Virus record (IMG/VR): IMGVR_UViG_2531839014_000003
Coordinates: 101,424-165,423 of that record
Source of the DNA: a virus
Taxonomy: Duplodnaviria > Caudoviricetes
DNA: 64,000 bases
Reading direction: 5' to 3' (one strand)
Made by a program: the position numbers and the translations under genes. Under the pieces are notes generated by a model that saw only the letters and a list, made by a program, of their open reading frames with translations, had not been told where the DNA came from and ran no database searches. The number at the start of each line of letters is the position of its first letter. Within the stretch, counting starts at the first letter, position 1. Shown here one piece after another: positions 1-10,170 of this stretch.

Positions 1-8
1 CACCCAAG

Positions 9-605
9 ATGAAACGGGAACAGCCAGAAATCACATTAAAGCTTGAATTATATCAGGACAAATGCGCTGATGTATTAGCATCCGTATTTATTGATAACAA
101 GTCAGTATCCGATATAAATCTTCAGCCACTAATTGATGTCATTACTACTCTCTCATCATCCATCGTGACCATGCAACAAGATATTACATCAATCAAACTA
201 GCCCAAGAAAACATTCAGAAACAGATTCCAAAGAAACGATTCTCATTCTGGGCCACCAAAATGTTTCCTAAATATCAGTTGTTAATGGATTACTTCGGCA
301 TACAAGAAAACAAGGATTTATATAAGGAACTATATAAAGAATTTCATAATATGTATCCGGATATGGAACTTAATCAGATAATAGACGATTACTGTTATGA
401 AAATAAATTAGATAGCTGTTATACCTTAGACGCTATAGAACATGACAAAAGTGTACGGAGCTTATTTGAGGCAATGGTTGATGGGCTTTTGGAGAAATAT
501 GAATTGATATCTAATTTAAATTCAGTACGGCAGAAAACAATTTTTGATGATGTAGTAGAGAATATATCAGTAACCCACCAGAAAGGACCCGTAATCAATG
601 AATAA
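9..605 (+). CDS. Hypothetical phage protein (may extend beyond window start)
   Basis: 198-aa ORF with coiled-coil segment. Confidence 0.7.
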   Translation: MKREQPEITLKLELYQDKCADVLASVFIDNKSVSDINLQPLIDVITTLSSSIVTMQQDITSIKLAQENIQKQIPKKRFSFWATKMFPKYQLLMDYFGIQENKDLYKELYKEFHNMYPDMELNQIIDDYCYENKLDSCYTLDAIEHDKSVRSLFEAMVDGLLEKYELISNLNSVRQKTIFDDVVENISVTHQKGPVINE

Positions 606-822
606 CAATTTATTTCTCAATACAGTGTACAACCATACATACAACGAAATCTACAGACGATATCAACTCTTATCTGATCAGGTTCTAATTGATAATTGGA
701 GATACCATCAACACCAGGTACAACGCAAGGATGATTATCACTGGATTGCATTTTCAGTTTGCGAAGATTTACTTAGACAAAGAGGGAATACATATCTGGA
801 CGATACTTATCCAAAAGACTGA
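598..822 (+). CDS. Hypothetical protein
   Basis: ATG after AAAGGA, overlaps upstream stop. Confidence 0.7.
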   Translation: MNNNLFLNTVYNHTYNEIYRRYQLLSDQVLIDNWRYHQHQVQRKDDYHWIAFSVCEDLLRQRGNTYLDDTYPKD

Positions 823-838
823 AGGAGGAATACATATT

Positions 839-1042
839 ATGAAATTATTCGTTAGAGGACCAGAACAAATAAGATATCGCCGGCAATCATATAGTTATCC
901 ATCAACACCTACATCAAACATAAAGCCAGGTGATACATTATATGGCCTAAATGCTGACTACCATGTAGACAGAGTGGAATATAGTAAATCTGATTTAATT
1001 GTATATGCCACTAAGACACAGATACAAGAGAGGATGCATTAA
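839..1042 (+). CDS. Hypothetical protein
   Basis: AAGGAGG SD then ATG at 839 (MKLFVRGPEQ). Confidence 0.7.
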   Translation: MKLFVRGPEQIRYRRQSYSYPSTPTSNIKPGDTLYGLNADYHVDRVEYSKSDLIVYATKTQIQERMH

Positions 1043-1044
1043 CT

Positions 1045-1233
1045 ATGGCACATGACAGGATTACACCATGCAAATTTTATATTTGCAAAGGAGAATGTAG
1101 TAAGGGCAGAGACTCGGACCACAATGGTTACTGCCAAAAGTGTAATAAGTATGAACCGAGATGCAAGGTGAAGAGAATTAGCAGGAAGAAGGAAAAATTA
1201 GAGAAGATACGATTGAGGGAATTTAATGATTAA
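1045..1233 (+). CDS. Small Cys-rich protein
   Basis: GAGGA SD; multiple Cys including CxxC. Confidence 0.7.
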   Translation: MAHDRITPCKFYICKGECSKGRDSDHNGYCQKCNKYEPRCKVKRISRKKEKLEKIRLREFND

Positions 1234-1335
1234 TGACAAATAAAATGTTTTTTAAGAGTACTTTTATATATGAACGTAGTGAATATATAAAAGTACGATA
1301 TTGTCTGTCTTATTAAATGAAGTATATATTATTTC

Positions 1336-1416
1336 AGTTCGGCAAACGCTCTAAATAGAGCGTCTACTGAACGACTAACCTAAAAATGACGCTCTATTTA
1401 GAGCGTTTGCCGAACT
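1336..1416. repeat. Perfect 29-bp inverted repeat, each arm itself palindromic
   Basis: AGTTCGGCAAACGCTCTAAATAGAGCGTC (1336-1364) and its exact reverse complement (1388-1416), 23-nt spacer. Confidence 0.95.
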
Positions 1417-2267
1417 CTCGTAAATATAATGGAGGTATTGTTATAGATAAAGTGAGAAGGGAATATTTCACCAGATTTCCTAATGAATATATACAGGAAA
1501 ATATCAAAACCAAATTTGGTGTTAGCCGCAAATTTTATATAACCTATATACTCATCGACAAATATAGGTCTTATGAGGATTATAGCTGGATTACCGTACG
1601 AAAAATCCTTGAGTTTTATGGTTACAAAACAACAAGTAGAAAGCCCAAGGCGTTTAAAGAAGTATTAGATGTCCTAGAGTACATGATAAATAATAAAATG
1701 ATTAAAATCCAATGTGATTTAGACTCTCTTAATTATGACACTGGAATAGAAATCAAAATCATTCCAGAAAATTTTGATTACCCAGACCACTTTTGTAAGC
1801 TCACATCATCTCAGCTTGACGTAATTATGATGAATGATTCTGTCATAAACAGAGAATGTCTTCTTATGGCGTTTCTTTACATTAACTCATACATAGGAAA
1901 TCGGCCAAAGAAAGATGATGGCTCCGAAGTCATGTTTAATCCAGAGACAAAACCAGAAGCATTTTGGAGAAGTATTGAAAGTATGTCAAAAGAGCTTTCT
2001 ATGTCAAAAGACACTATCACACAGTGTATTGACTTTCTTACCACATCTACTGGTGATAAAAAGGCATTACTCATAAAAAGAGAAGTAGGTAGTGTACAAC
2101 CAGATCCACGAAAGCCGCCCCAAAATGTCCCAAACATTTATGTTCTTAATAAAGATGGCTATCAACAGGAAATAGAATGGGCATTGCACAAGATGTTAGA
2201 GGTCTATGGCGTTGATAGCTTTGACAAAATAAAAGGGGGTATTAAAAATAAGCCAAGGAATATATAG
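1386..2267 (+). CDS. Winged-helix DNA-binding / replication-initiator-like protein (true start probably ~1443-1452)
   Basis: HTH-like segments (SIESMSKELSMSKDTITQCIDFL); GGAGG at ~1431; resembles the 2656-3365 product. Confidence 0.55.
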   Translation: MTLYLERLPNSRKYNGGIVIDKVRREYFTRFPNEYIQENIKTKFGVSRKFYITYILIDKYRSYEDYSWITVRKILEFYGYKTTSRKPKAFKEVLDVLEYMINNKMIKIQCDLDSLNYDTGIEIKIIPENFDYPDHFCKLTSSQLDVIMMNDSVINRECLLMAFLYINSYIGNRPKKDDGSEVMFNPETKPEAFWRSIESMSKELSMSKDTITQCIDFLTTSTGDKKALLIKREVGSVQPDPRKPPQNVPNIYVLNKDGYQQEIEWALHKMLEVYGVDSFDKIKGGIKNKPRNI

Positions 2268-3365
2268 TATTAAAAATTTAAGGAATGGAAAAGTTTATAT
2301 TGGAAGCAGTTTCAACATTGAAAAAAGGATAGCCGCCCATAAAAATGATTTAGCCAATTACACACATCATTCTTATAAACTGCAAGCTGATTTTAATTTA
2401 ACACATAATATATCTGATTTTGTTTTTGAGATTTTAGAAAACACAAACTGATCAAGAGCTAATCTTTATAGAAAGGAGCAAAAATATATAAATGAATTAG
2501 ATACATATCATAACGGATATAACTGTTGCAAATTCGCAATAAATCCAAAGTACACAAAAGGGAATCAACAAAATATACAACAGAAGTCATCTAATTGCAG
2601 ATATGTAAAGATACCACGAGAAATAATATATGCCAAAGACCTCGGAGATAAACGAGTGATTATTTTTTCATACTTATGCGCAAGACGCGCCCTGGATGAT
2701 ACAGTAGCCTTCTCTATCACAGAGTTGTGCCACTGGTCAAACCTGAAACCTAACTATAGGGATGGAAAGATAAATCAAAAATATTATGATGTTTTATTAC
2801 TCCTCTCCCACTACGGATATTTTGTAGAATGTCCGGATTTTGAGAGTTACCTTCATGAGTCTACCAATTCAGTAAAATACCAACGCGTAAAACTAAATAT
2901 AGAGAAGTTTGATGCACTGGATAGTTTCGGAATAATTTACTTTGATGAACTACAATTTTGGATTTCAATGGAGAATTAAAAGATAGCGACATTGACCTCG
3001 CCAGAATGTCATCGGCATACATATTATTGCTCATCTCCTATCTCCGTGTAAACATGAACCGTAATCCCGATAAACCTTTATGCTGCTATCGGCATTATCA
3101 GAAGATTGCGGAGGATACCGGATTGTCAGAACGATATGTAAGTAGAATCATAGAAATTTTGGATACTATTAAAAAAATGAAACGTGCACGGTACAAGGGT
3201 TCAAATGATAAAGTTAGATTTAGTACAACTCCCAAGATTTTTGCCGATTATAGGCGGTTTATTAAAAATACTAATGGAGACACCATACTTGATACGGAAT
3301 ATGACTACAATGCTGAAATAAGCAAACAAATAGAATTAATGAGAAAAGAGAATATTACTATATAA
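2248..3365 (+). pseudogene. GIY-YIG nuclease fused to winged-helix protein, disrupted
   Basis: GIYSIKNLRNGKVYIGSS in frame with ORF 2656; internal TGA 2449-2451; frameshift near 2958. Confidence 0.75.
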
Positions 3366-3437
3366 CTATTAGCCTATCACACCATAAGGAGTGAATGAGA
3401 ATGAAATATATTTTAATCGCGAAAGGAATTTTAATAC

Positions 3438-3668
3438 ATGACAGAAACCACAACAGGGTACCTTGCTACTTTTAAATCACCACACTATCCATCAAGGCAA
3501 GAATTACATAGTACTTTTGGCGGAGTAATTATTGAATCAGACTATAGCACCGAATATAATGCTCGTTCGTCTAAAGCATCATTTATCGCCAGTCGTATTG
3601 ATACGGACAGGAAATTCGATTATCAGTGTTTAAGAAATGCAGAATCCAGAGAAAGAGGTAAAAAATAA
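3438..3668 (+). CDS. Hypothetical protein
   Basis: AAAGGA SD, coupled to next gene. Confidence 0.7.
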   Translation: MTETTTGYLATFKSPHYPSRQELHSTFGGVIIESDYSTEYNARSSKASFIASRIDTDRKFDYQCLRNAESRERGKK

Positions 3669-4015
3669 TGATTAGATATAGAAATGTACCAGCAATTGAA
3701 TTTGATTTAGAATATGATTACAAAATTAAGGCAGAATATGTCTTTGATAAGGAATTAGGAAAATATATAGTAACCTTCTACCTGAGACAATCACAAGTGG
3801 GAATGTGGGATCAGATTGACAAGGCCACTGATATTACTTTTGATTCTCCATGTGAGACAATTAAGACGGATATTGCTAAGTACTTTACCAAATTACTCAT
3901 TAAAGGATTCTTTCAGTATTACATAGACCGCTACGTGTATCAGATGAAGTGTTTTGACAAGGGCAACGATTTATACGAGAAGGAACGTCTAAATGCTCAG
4001 CAAGTCAGACTATAG
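3668..4015 (+). CDS. Hypothetical protein
   Basis: GAGGT SD, TAATG coupling. Confidence 0.75.
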   Translation: MIRYRNVPAIEFDLEYDYKIKAEYVFDKELGKYIVTFYLRQSQVGMWDQIDKATDITFDSPCETIKTDIAKYFTKLLIKGFFQYYIDRYVYQMKCFDKGNDLYEKERLNAQQVRL

Positions 4016-4418
4016 GTATTTCCATAAAGCACGTCAGGCTGCTCTCATCTCTGATTTCGAAAAAACTCATGTTGGCTGCATTGCAGTCTATCAGGGTAAT
4101 ATCATTGCCATCGGATGTAACACCCATAAAACCCACCCCAAACAACAATACTATAATCAGTTCCGGACGATACGCTATGTAGATAGTAAGTATCTTCCTA
4201 AAATGCACGCCGAAATACACTGTCTCAACGTAATCCAGAATATGGATATAAATTTCGCCAAAGTGAAGCTATATATCTATCGGACACGTAAGGACCAGGA
4301 ATTCGGTTTGGCTAGACCATGTGCTTCCTGCATGGCAGCCATTAGGGATTTGGGCATAAGACAGATTTATTATACAACTGATGATGGATATGTTTTTGAG
4401 AAATTGAAGAATAGGTAA
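3993..4418 (+). CDS. Cytidine/dCMP deaminase-family protein
   Basis: HAE...PCxxC zinc deaminase motif. Confidence 0.88.
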   Translation: MLSKSDYRYFHKARQAALISDFEKTHVGCIAVYQGNIIAIGCNTHKTHPKQQYYNQFRTIRYVDSKYLPKMHAEIHCLNVIQNMDINFAKVKLYIYRTRKDQEFGLARPCASCMAAIRDLGIRQIYYTTDDGYVFEKLKNR

Positions 4419-4431
4419 TTATAAATTTTAA

Positions 4432-7194
4432 ATGGAGGCGATAGTAATAAGTGAATACGGTATTAAGATAAAAAATATTAGTGCTGGCATGATATACGAT
4501 GTCAATTTGGGTATACGAGATTATTTTTCATATACCGATGCCATGCTAAATAATAGTTTGTTTAGTTTTTTTCTACAGAAAAACGGTATGAATGTATATA
4601 AAGGAGAAAGCACGAGAGATATAATTTGTTTAGATTATGATTTCGGAAGTCGTTCCTACGAGGAAGAACGAAAACGCCTGGAAAAACTATTTAACGAGTC
4701 CGATGAGTCTTCAAGAAAACGAATCTCAGATACATTGAAAAAAGTAGATTCCAGAAAAGAACTCTATACTCCAAAGAAAAGAGATGAAATCCGAGAATTT
4801 TTTTATGAAAATGGTGTGGATGTTACTTATAGAAAAAAGAACAAGGATGGCTCTATAAAAGAGGAAAAAATTATACATTATGAAATGCTGTTTAGAACAA
4901 GTGCAAAAGCAAAGTTAGGACAAGTAATCTTCATCAATAGTAAATTATATGATAAAGCATATGACTGGTTAACTATTGGACTTGGGAACAAAATGCAATA
5001 CGATAATGCAAGAATCGTAGAAATGTCGGCCTACGCCCCACTTACCACATCTACTATTGTTGGTACATTATACGTTCCTGTCGAGAATATATTAATTTTA
5101 AAGGACCAAGAGTCCTTTTTCAAAACAAAAAGTAAGGTTGTAAAAGCTGAAGAATATGAAGATTCACATGGGCAAAAGCAAAAAAAATGCATTGTTGTAG
5201 ATGAAGAACGAGAAGTTAAAAATACAATATGGGATGGGATGATGCTAATCGAGTCATCAATACTTCCAGATTGTATTAATGGCATGGCTCTACTACGTAA
5301 TCATTTATTTAAAGCATGTGGTTTTAGAAGTCACATTCAAAAATTCTTTGCAGATTGGTGTAATAAGAGTGGATATGATTATCAAACCTATCAAATTCAG
5401 GATATGTTTGGTAAATGGCATTATTTGAAGGATATCAAGATGATTACTACGGATAATGCTATTAAGTGGAAAAAGTTTGCTAATTTAATGGGTAATACGT
5501 TATCAGAAGCCTATGAATATTGGTGCGACAGAATTCATGCCGATGGTGATATATGGGGTATTGTCAAGACGGACCATCCTAGCAAACTAGGAAATTATCA
5601 ACAATTGAGCTATCAGATGATCAATACTCTTCCGTGTACAAAAGATGACATTAAAGAAATTGCTCAGATAAGTATTAACTATGTGGAACTGTTAAAAAAA
5701 GATAATGATGAATTTGAGAAATTTCTTAGAAAATACGCCAATGAAGTAAATCATTATGAGATGCTTGCAGATTTATATAAGCATAACCAAGATTTTGGTA
5801 ACAGCTCATTTTTCAGAGAAGAAAAAAAGAAAATTATATTTGATTATGTATACAGGCTAAGAAAAGGCAAGATACTAGTAAATGGAGATAATCTAACAGT
5901 ATGTGGAAATCCGTATGCTCTCCTACTTTATTCTGTCGGAGAAGATTATAAGACAGACCCAACCTTGAAACAAGAAAATGGAACAATCCAATGCTATACA
6001 ACCAGATTTAAAAATGATGAATTTCTAGCCGCTTTTCGAAATCCACATAATAGTCCGAATAATATCTGCTATCTTCACAATGTTCACTCTGACATAATGG
6101 AAAAATACTTCCCTTTTAGCGACAATATAATCGCCGTAAATTGTCTTCTTACTGATATTCAAGATAGAGCCAACGGAATGGATGAAGACAGTGATTTTAT
6201 GCTTGTGACAAATCAGGCAACTATGGTACGTTGTGCCAAAAGATGTTATCAAGAGTATCCTACTATTGTCAACGCATTAAAAGAATCTGGAATTACATAT
6301 CAGAATACCAAAAAGGATTATGCTATTATGGATAATAAATTCTCTAAATCTCGTATGGATATTGGGTATTCTAGTAACCTGGCTCAGCTCGCAATGACTT
6401 ATTATTGGACTGAGATGCAAAAAGAAACTCCTGATAAAAAAAGGCTGAATGAATTGTATGATAATTTTGTAATACTGTCTGTATTGGCCCAAGTCGTAAT
6501 TGATGGCTGTAAACGAGAGTATGAAATTGTTGGAAACAAAGAAATTGACCGTATTAGTAAAATGCCGTGTATGACTATCAAAAAGCCTTGTGGTTTTACA
6601 AAGACAGGTAAAATCAAATATACCAAGTGTGATTTCCCAGAGTTTATGAAATATACAAGGGAAATCAAGTATACTAAAGATGGTAAAGAATTACCCCAAG
6701 AGGAGATTGATGTAACCAAAGAAAAGCTCAAAGGAAGAATCAATACAACGCTCTCATGCCCTATGAATTGGTTAGAGTATTGGTTAGATAAAATTCAAAA
6801 TGCGCCAACAACAAAAACAACTCCTACTTCAGAATTTTTTATTAAAATGCAAGGAAAAGCACATCATCGACAAATGACTAAAATCAAAGAATTAATAATA
6901 GAGTATGATTCAAAGGTTAAATCGCTCCAATATAAAAGCATATCTGAGGATGATTACATTTCTGAACTATATCAACATAATGATTATCTAATTGAATCTC
7001 TAAAAAAAATAAAAGTAGGGAATATTGTTACCATCAATCGGTTAATAGAAACAGCACTTGGTTTGGAAACTAATAAAAACAAAAAATACTCACAAAATGC
7101 TGATACGAAATACACAAGAAAGATACTTAATTACTTATATAAAATGAATAGAGATAAGTTTCTTGTAAATTTTGAACAAAAACGGCAGAGTTAA
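4432..7194 (+). CDS. yonO: YonO-like single-subunit (two-barrel) RNA polymerase
   Basis: 920 aa; RNPH motif and GMDEDSDF catalytic loop (DxDGD variant); position ahead of late genes as in SPbeta. Confidence 0.88.
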   Translation: MEAIVISEYGIKIKNISAGMIYDVNLGIRDYFSYTDAMLNNSLFSFFLQKNGMNVYKGESTRDIICLDYDFGSRSYEEERKRLEKLFNESDESSRKRISDTLKKVDSRKELYTPKKRDEIREFFYENGVDVTYRKKNKDGSIKEEKIIHYEMLFRTSAKAKLGQVIFINSKLYDKAYDWLTIGLGNKMQYDNARIVEMSAYAPLTTSTIVGTLYVPVENILILKDQESFFKTKSKVVKAEEYEDSHGQKQKKCIVVDEEREVKNTIWDGMMLIESSILPDCINGMALLRNHLFKACGFRSHIQKFFADWCNKSGYDYQTYQIQDMFGKWHYLKDIKMITTDNAIKWKKFANLMGNTLSEAYEYWCDRIHADGDIWGIVKTDHPSKLGNYQQLSYQMINTLPCTKDDIKEIAQISINYVELLKKDNDEFEKFLRKYANEVNHYEMLADLYKHNQDFGNSSFFREEKKKIIFDYVYRLRKGKILVNGDNLTVCGNPYALLLYSVGEDYKTDPTLKQENGTIQCYTTRFKNDEFLAAFRNPHNSPNNICYLHNVHSDIMEKYFPFSDNIIAVNCLLTDIQDRANGMDEDSDFMLVTNQATMVRCAKRCYQEYPTIVNALKESGITYQNTKKDYAIMDNKFSKSRMDIGYSSNLAQLAMTYYWTEMQKETPDKKRLNELYDNFVILSVLAQVVIDGCKREYEIVGNKEIDRISKMPCMTIKKPCGFTKTGKIKYTKCDFPEFMKYTREIKYTKDGKELPQEEIDVTKEKLKGRINTTLSCPMNWLEYWLDKIQNAPTTKTTPTSEFFIKMQGKAHHRQMTKIKELIIEYDSKVKSLQYKSISEDDYISELYQHNDYLIESLKKIKVGNIVTINRLIETALGLETNKNKKYSQNADTKYTRKILNYLYKMNRDKFLVNFEQKRQS

Positions 7195-7535
7195 ATTGTA
7201 AAAAGTGCTTGTTTTTAAGGCTTTTTTGAGCCAAAAATGCGTCCGTTATATGGAGAGCAAAAGAAAATACAGTGTTGTATGAGTAAACTCCACCGCTATT
7301 GCCCGAAGCGGTTATAAATATGGGAGACAGTCTTAAAATGTATACTAGGGGCGGACGTATCATTATTCGCCCCAAATACAATTAATTTAGAACTATCGTG
7401 ACGACCAGACATCAATAAATTAATCATTGGTAGCGGTGCTGTTATAACAACGGTATCGCTATTAGTGTTGCATAAAACAAATCAATCAAAATTTAATAAG
7501 GTTACTATTAGGGGAACCGTTACTAATTAATTTAT

Positions 7536-7610
7536 TGCGGGTTGGACAAGTCAGATTAAGTCGCTGGACTCATTCTCCAGAGAACGCCAGGGCAGAGCTG
7601 GCACCTGCTA
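7536..7610 (+). tRNA. tRNA-Met(CAT)-like, atypical or degenerate
   Basis: Cloverleaf; anticodon arm CTGGA-ctCATtc-TCCAG; T-stem GCCAG/CTGGC with non-canonical loop GGCAGAG; 1:72 mismatch. Confidence 0.7.
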
Positions 7611-7846
7611 CTCTCCCATTATGGGAAATATAGAACGGAAAGAAGTGAACCAACTATTTTTCAAATCACAAGAAATGAAGCAGATATGTTAAGAGACAAA
7701 GGATATGATGAGTTTATAAAGATTTCATCTAAAACTCACAAATCCAGATGTAAACGTTATTGGCTTGTTGAAGATCGTCGTGTATTACAATGTTTGTATA
7801 GATACAGAAAAGATACAATCGTCCAGTGACGAAATAAACATGGAAG

Positions 7847-9295
7847 GTGGTCAGGGCCATCGGAAAATCAAAACTAAAATCTGATGGGATTATGTTTGTT
7901 GGAAACAATGCCGAAGATGTTACTGGCAGCATGATACTCATAAAATTTGCAAATAAGCAGATTCTACTTGAAGCTGGGTTATACCAGAAGAATGATTACC
8001 TTGAATCTTATAAGGCAAATACAGAGAAATTCAAATTCAAACCTGAAGAAATTGACTATATCTTTATTGGTCATTGTCACATCGACCACATAGGTTTGAT
8101 ACCTCGTCTTGTAAAAGAAGGTTTTTCTGGAAAAATCATAATGACATATCCCACATCAATTATCTCAAAACACCTATTGTTAAATTGTTCCTTCATTCTG
8201 TCCGACGAAGCTAGGGTGTTATCCAAACGTTATAGTAGAGATTACGCACCAATATACAGTGAGGATGATGTCTATAATACATTCAAACTTTATACGGTAT
8301 ATAATCAGTACGATACTTTGTTCCAATTGGATGATATAGTAAGCTTTCAGTGGTTAAAAAACTCTCATTGCGTTGGGGCAGCACAATTGCAACTTATATT
8401 AAATGATGGAGTTAAAAAGAAGAAAGTACTGTATACTTCTGATATCGGCGCACTGGAAACAAAAAACCATTATGTCGAGAATACGGAAATTCCAACTTAT
8501 TTTAATGACGTAATAATTATGGAATCCACGTACGGTCTGAATACAAGAATTTCAAAAAAGACTCGTGAATTTGACATAGAACATTTAAGAATAGCTATAG
8601 ATACCGTGTTAGAACGACATGGCACACTCGTGCTGCCAGCATTTAGTTTCAGCCGTTCTCAAGAACTGTTAACCACATTATTTCTTCTGTTTGGTGATGA
8701 TGAGAATTTTACAACACCAATTATCGTGGATTCAATGCTTACCTGTGATATATGCGATGATTATGGACAGGTATTACAGAATGATAATTTAGATTTATGG
8801 AATAAAGTTTACAATTGGAAAAATGTTAAATATATAAGAGAAAAATCAGATTCACAATCATGTGTATTGGATACGACTCCAAAAATCTGTATCTCATCTT
8901 CTGGTTTCTGTACGAACGGCAGAGTCCTCTCCTACTTAGATAGATATTTGCGTGATACCAATTCTATGATTTGCTTTTCCGGTTATGTCGGTGATGATGA
9001 ATCATATCTTAGTTACAGAATCAAGAATGGAAAATCCCACAAAACAATCAATATAAATAAAAAGCCTGTACCGAATAGAGCTGATTGTATTACAATGCAG
9101 TCGTTTTCATCACATGCTAATTTTAATGATCTGTTAAGATATGGAAGTAATTTGCGGACAAATCAGTTAGTTCTGGTCCATGGTTCTATTGAGTCTAAGA
9201 ATTGTCTAAAAAAACATTTGAAAGATGAAATATCAAGAAATGACAAAACATATAAGGTGACATGTTCAGAACGGGATATGATTATTCCATTATGA
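7847..9295 (+). CDS. MBL-fold beta-CASP ribonuclease
   Basis: HCHIDH, SHCVGA, MESTYG, AFSFSRSQE, SSHA, LVHG motifs. Confidence 0.9.
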   Translation: MVRAIGKSKLKSDGIMFVGNNAEDVTGSMILIKFANKQILLEAGLYQKNDYLESYKANTEKFKFKPEEIDYIFIGHCHIDHIGLIPRLVKEGFSGKIIMTYPTSIISKHLLLNCSFILSDEARVLSKRYSRDYAPIYSEDDVYNTFKLYTVYNQYDTLFQLDDIVSFQWLKNSHCVGAAQLQLILNDGVKKKKVLYTSDIGALETKNHYVENTEIPTYFNDVIIMESTYGLNTRISKKTREFDIEHLRIAIDTVLERHGTLVLPAFSFSRSQELLTTLFLLFGDDENFTTPIIVDSMLTCDICDDYGQVLQNDNLDLWNKVYNWKNVKYIREKSDSQSCVLDTTPKICISSSGFCTNGRVLSYLDRYLRDTNSMICFSGYVGDDESYLSYRIKNGKSHKTININKKPVPNRADCITMQSFSSHANFNDLLRYGSNLRTNQLVLVHGSIESKNCLKKHLKDEISRNDKTYKVTCSERDMIIPL

Positions 9296-9323
9296 TGTGC
9301 AGTAAAGAAAGAAGGGTTGAACT

Positions 9324-9917
9324 ATCGAAATAACTGTAGATGATATTATAAATGCATTAACCCCAAAAGGATTACCAGATCCAATTATATATCAATACTA
9401 TAAAAATCTTGAAAAGAGAAAAATTATTATCAATGAACAGATTAGTGATAATTTACTTGAAACAGCTACTCTTCCATTTGTCGAAATGGATAACGATGGA
9501 ACAGGTAAGCCCATAGAGATAATAATTTCAACTGTTGGCGGAGAAATATATTCCGGATTTAATTTTGTTGATCAAATTGAAAAAGCAAAATCTCCTGTGA
9601 CAATACACATTATGTCCATGGCCGCATCTATGGGATTTCTGATTGCTATGGCTGGTAAAAATAATCCAAATGTGGAAACGATATGTCATCCTTTTAGCGT
9701 TGGACTTTTACATAGTGGTTCTCAATATATGGAGGGTTCTGCTCATGCTGTAAAGGATACATTTGATTTTAGCCAGCATTACGAAGAAAAAATCAAGGAT
9801 TACATTCTTTCCCATAGCAAAATTGATGCTGATTTATATGAAAAGGTCGAACGTAAAGAATACTGGATGGATGCAGATGAAATGAAGCGTCTTGGAATAG
9901 TAGACGAAATTATATAG
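9324..9917 (+). CDS. ClpP-like protease (apparent ATC start)
   Basis: STVGG, AASMG, H, WMDADE ClpP motifs; frame open back to TGA 9318-9320 with ClpP-like N-terminus (YYKNLEKRKIIINEQI). Confidence 0.82.
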   Translation: MEITVDDIINALTPKGLPDPIIYQYYKNLEKRKIIINEQISDNLLETATLPFVEMDNDGTGKPIEIIISTVGGEIYSGFNFVDQIEKAKSPVTIHIMSMAASMGFLIAMAGKNNPNVETICHPFSVGLLHSGSQYMEGSAHAVKDTFDFSQHYEEKIKDYILSHSKIDADLYEKVERKEYWMDADEMKRLGIVDEII

Positions 9918-9936
9918 TGAAAGGATGATTTATTAT

Positions 9937-10164
9937 ATGGCAAAAAGTAAGTTACAGTTTAAGAGGAATATTACTGATAAACTAAGTGTAAAAGGAGTCC
10001 TCTCTGAAGATGGAACCACTATTACTTATACTGACGAAAATGATATTGAACAGGATGTAAAAGTATCTGATTTACTGAATGTTTTCAAAAATCAGCCTAT
10101 TGAATTTGGAGTACAGTTAAAGAGCGACGAAGATCTTGATGTGGTTCCTGTTGATGAAATGTAA
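9937..10164 (+). CDS. YonK-like small protein
   Basis: Size, position and sequence resemblance to SPbeta YonK. Confidence 0.55.
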   Translation: MAKSKLQFKRNITDKLSVKGVLSEDGTTITYTDENDIEQDVKVSDLLNVFKNQPIEFGVQLKSDEDLDVVPVDEM

Positions 10165-10170
10165 AAGGCG

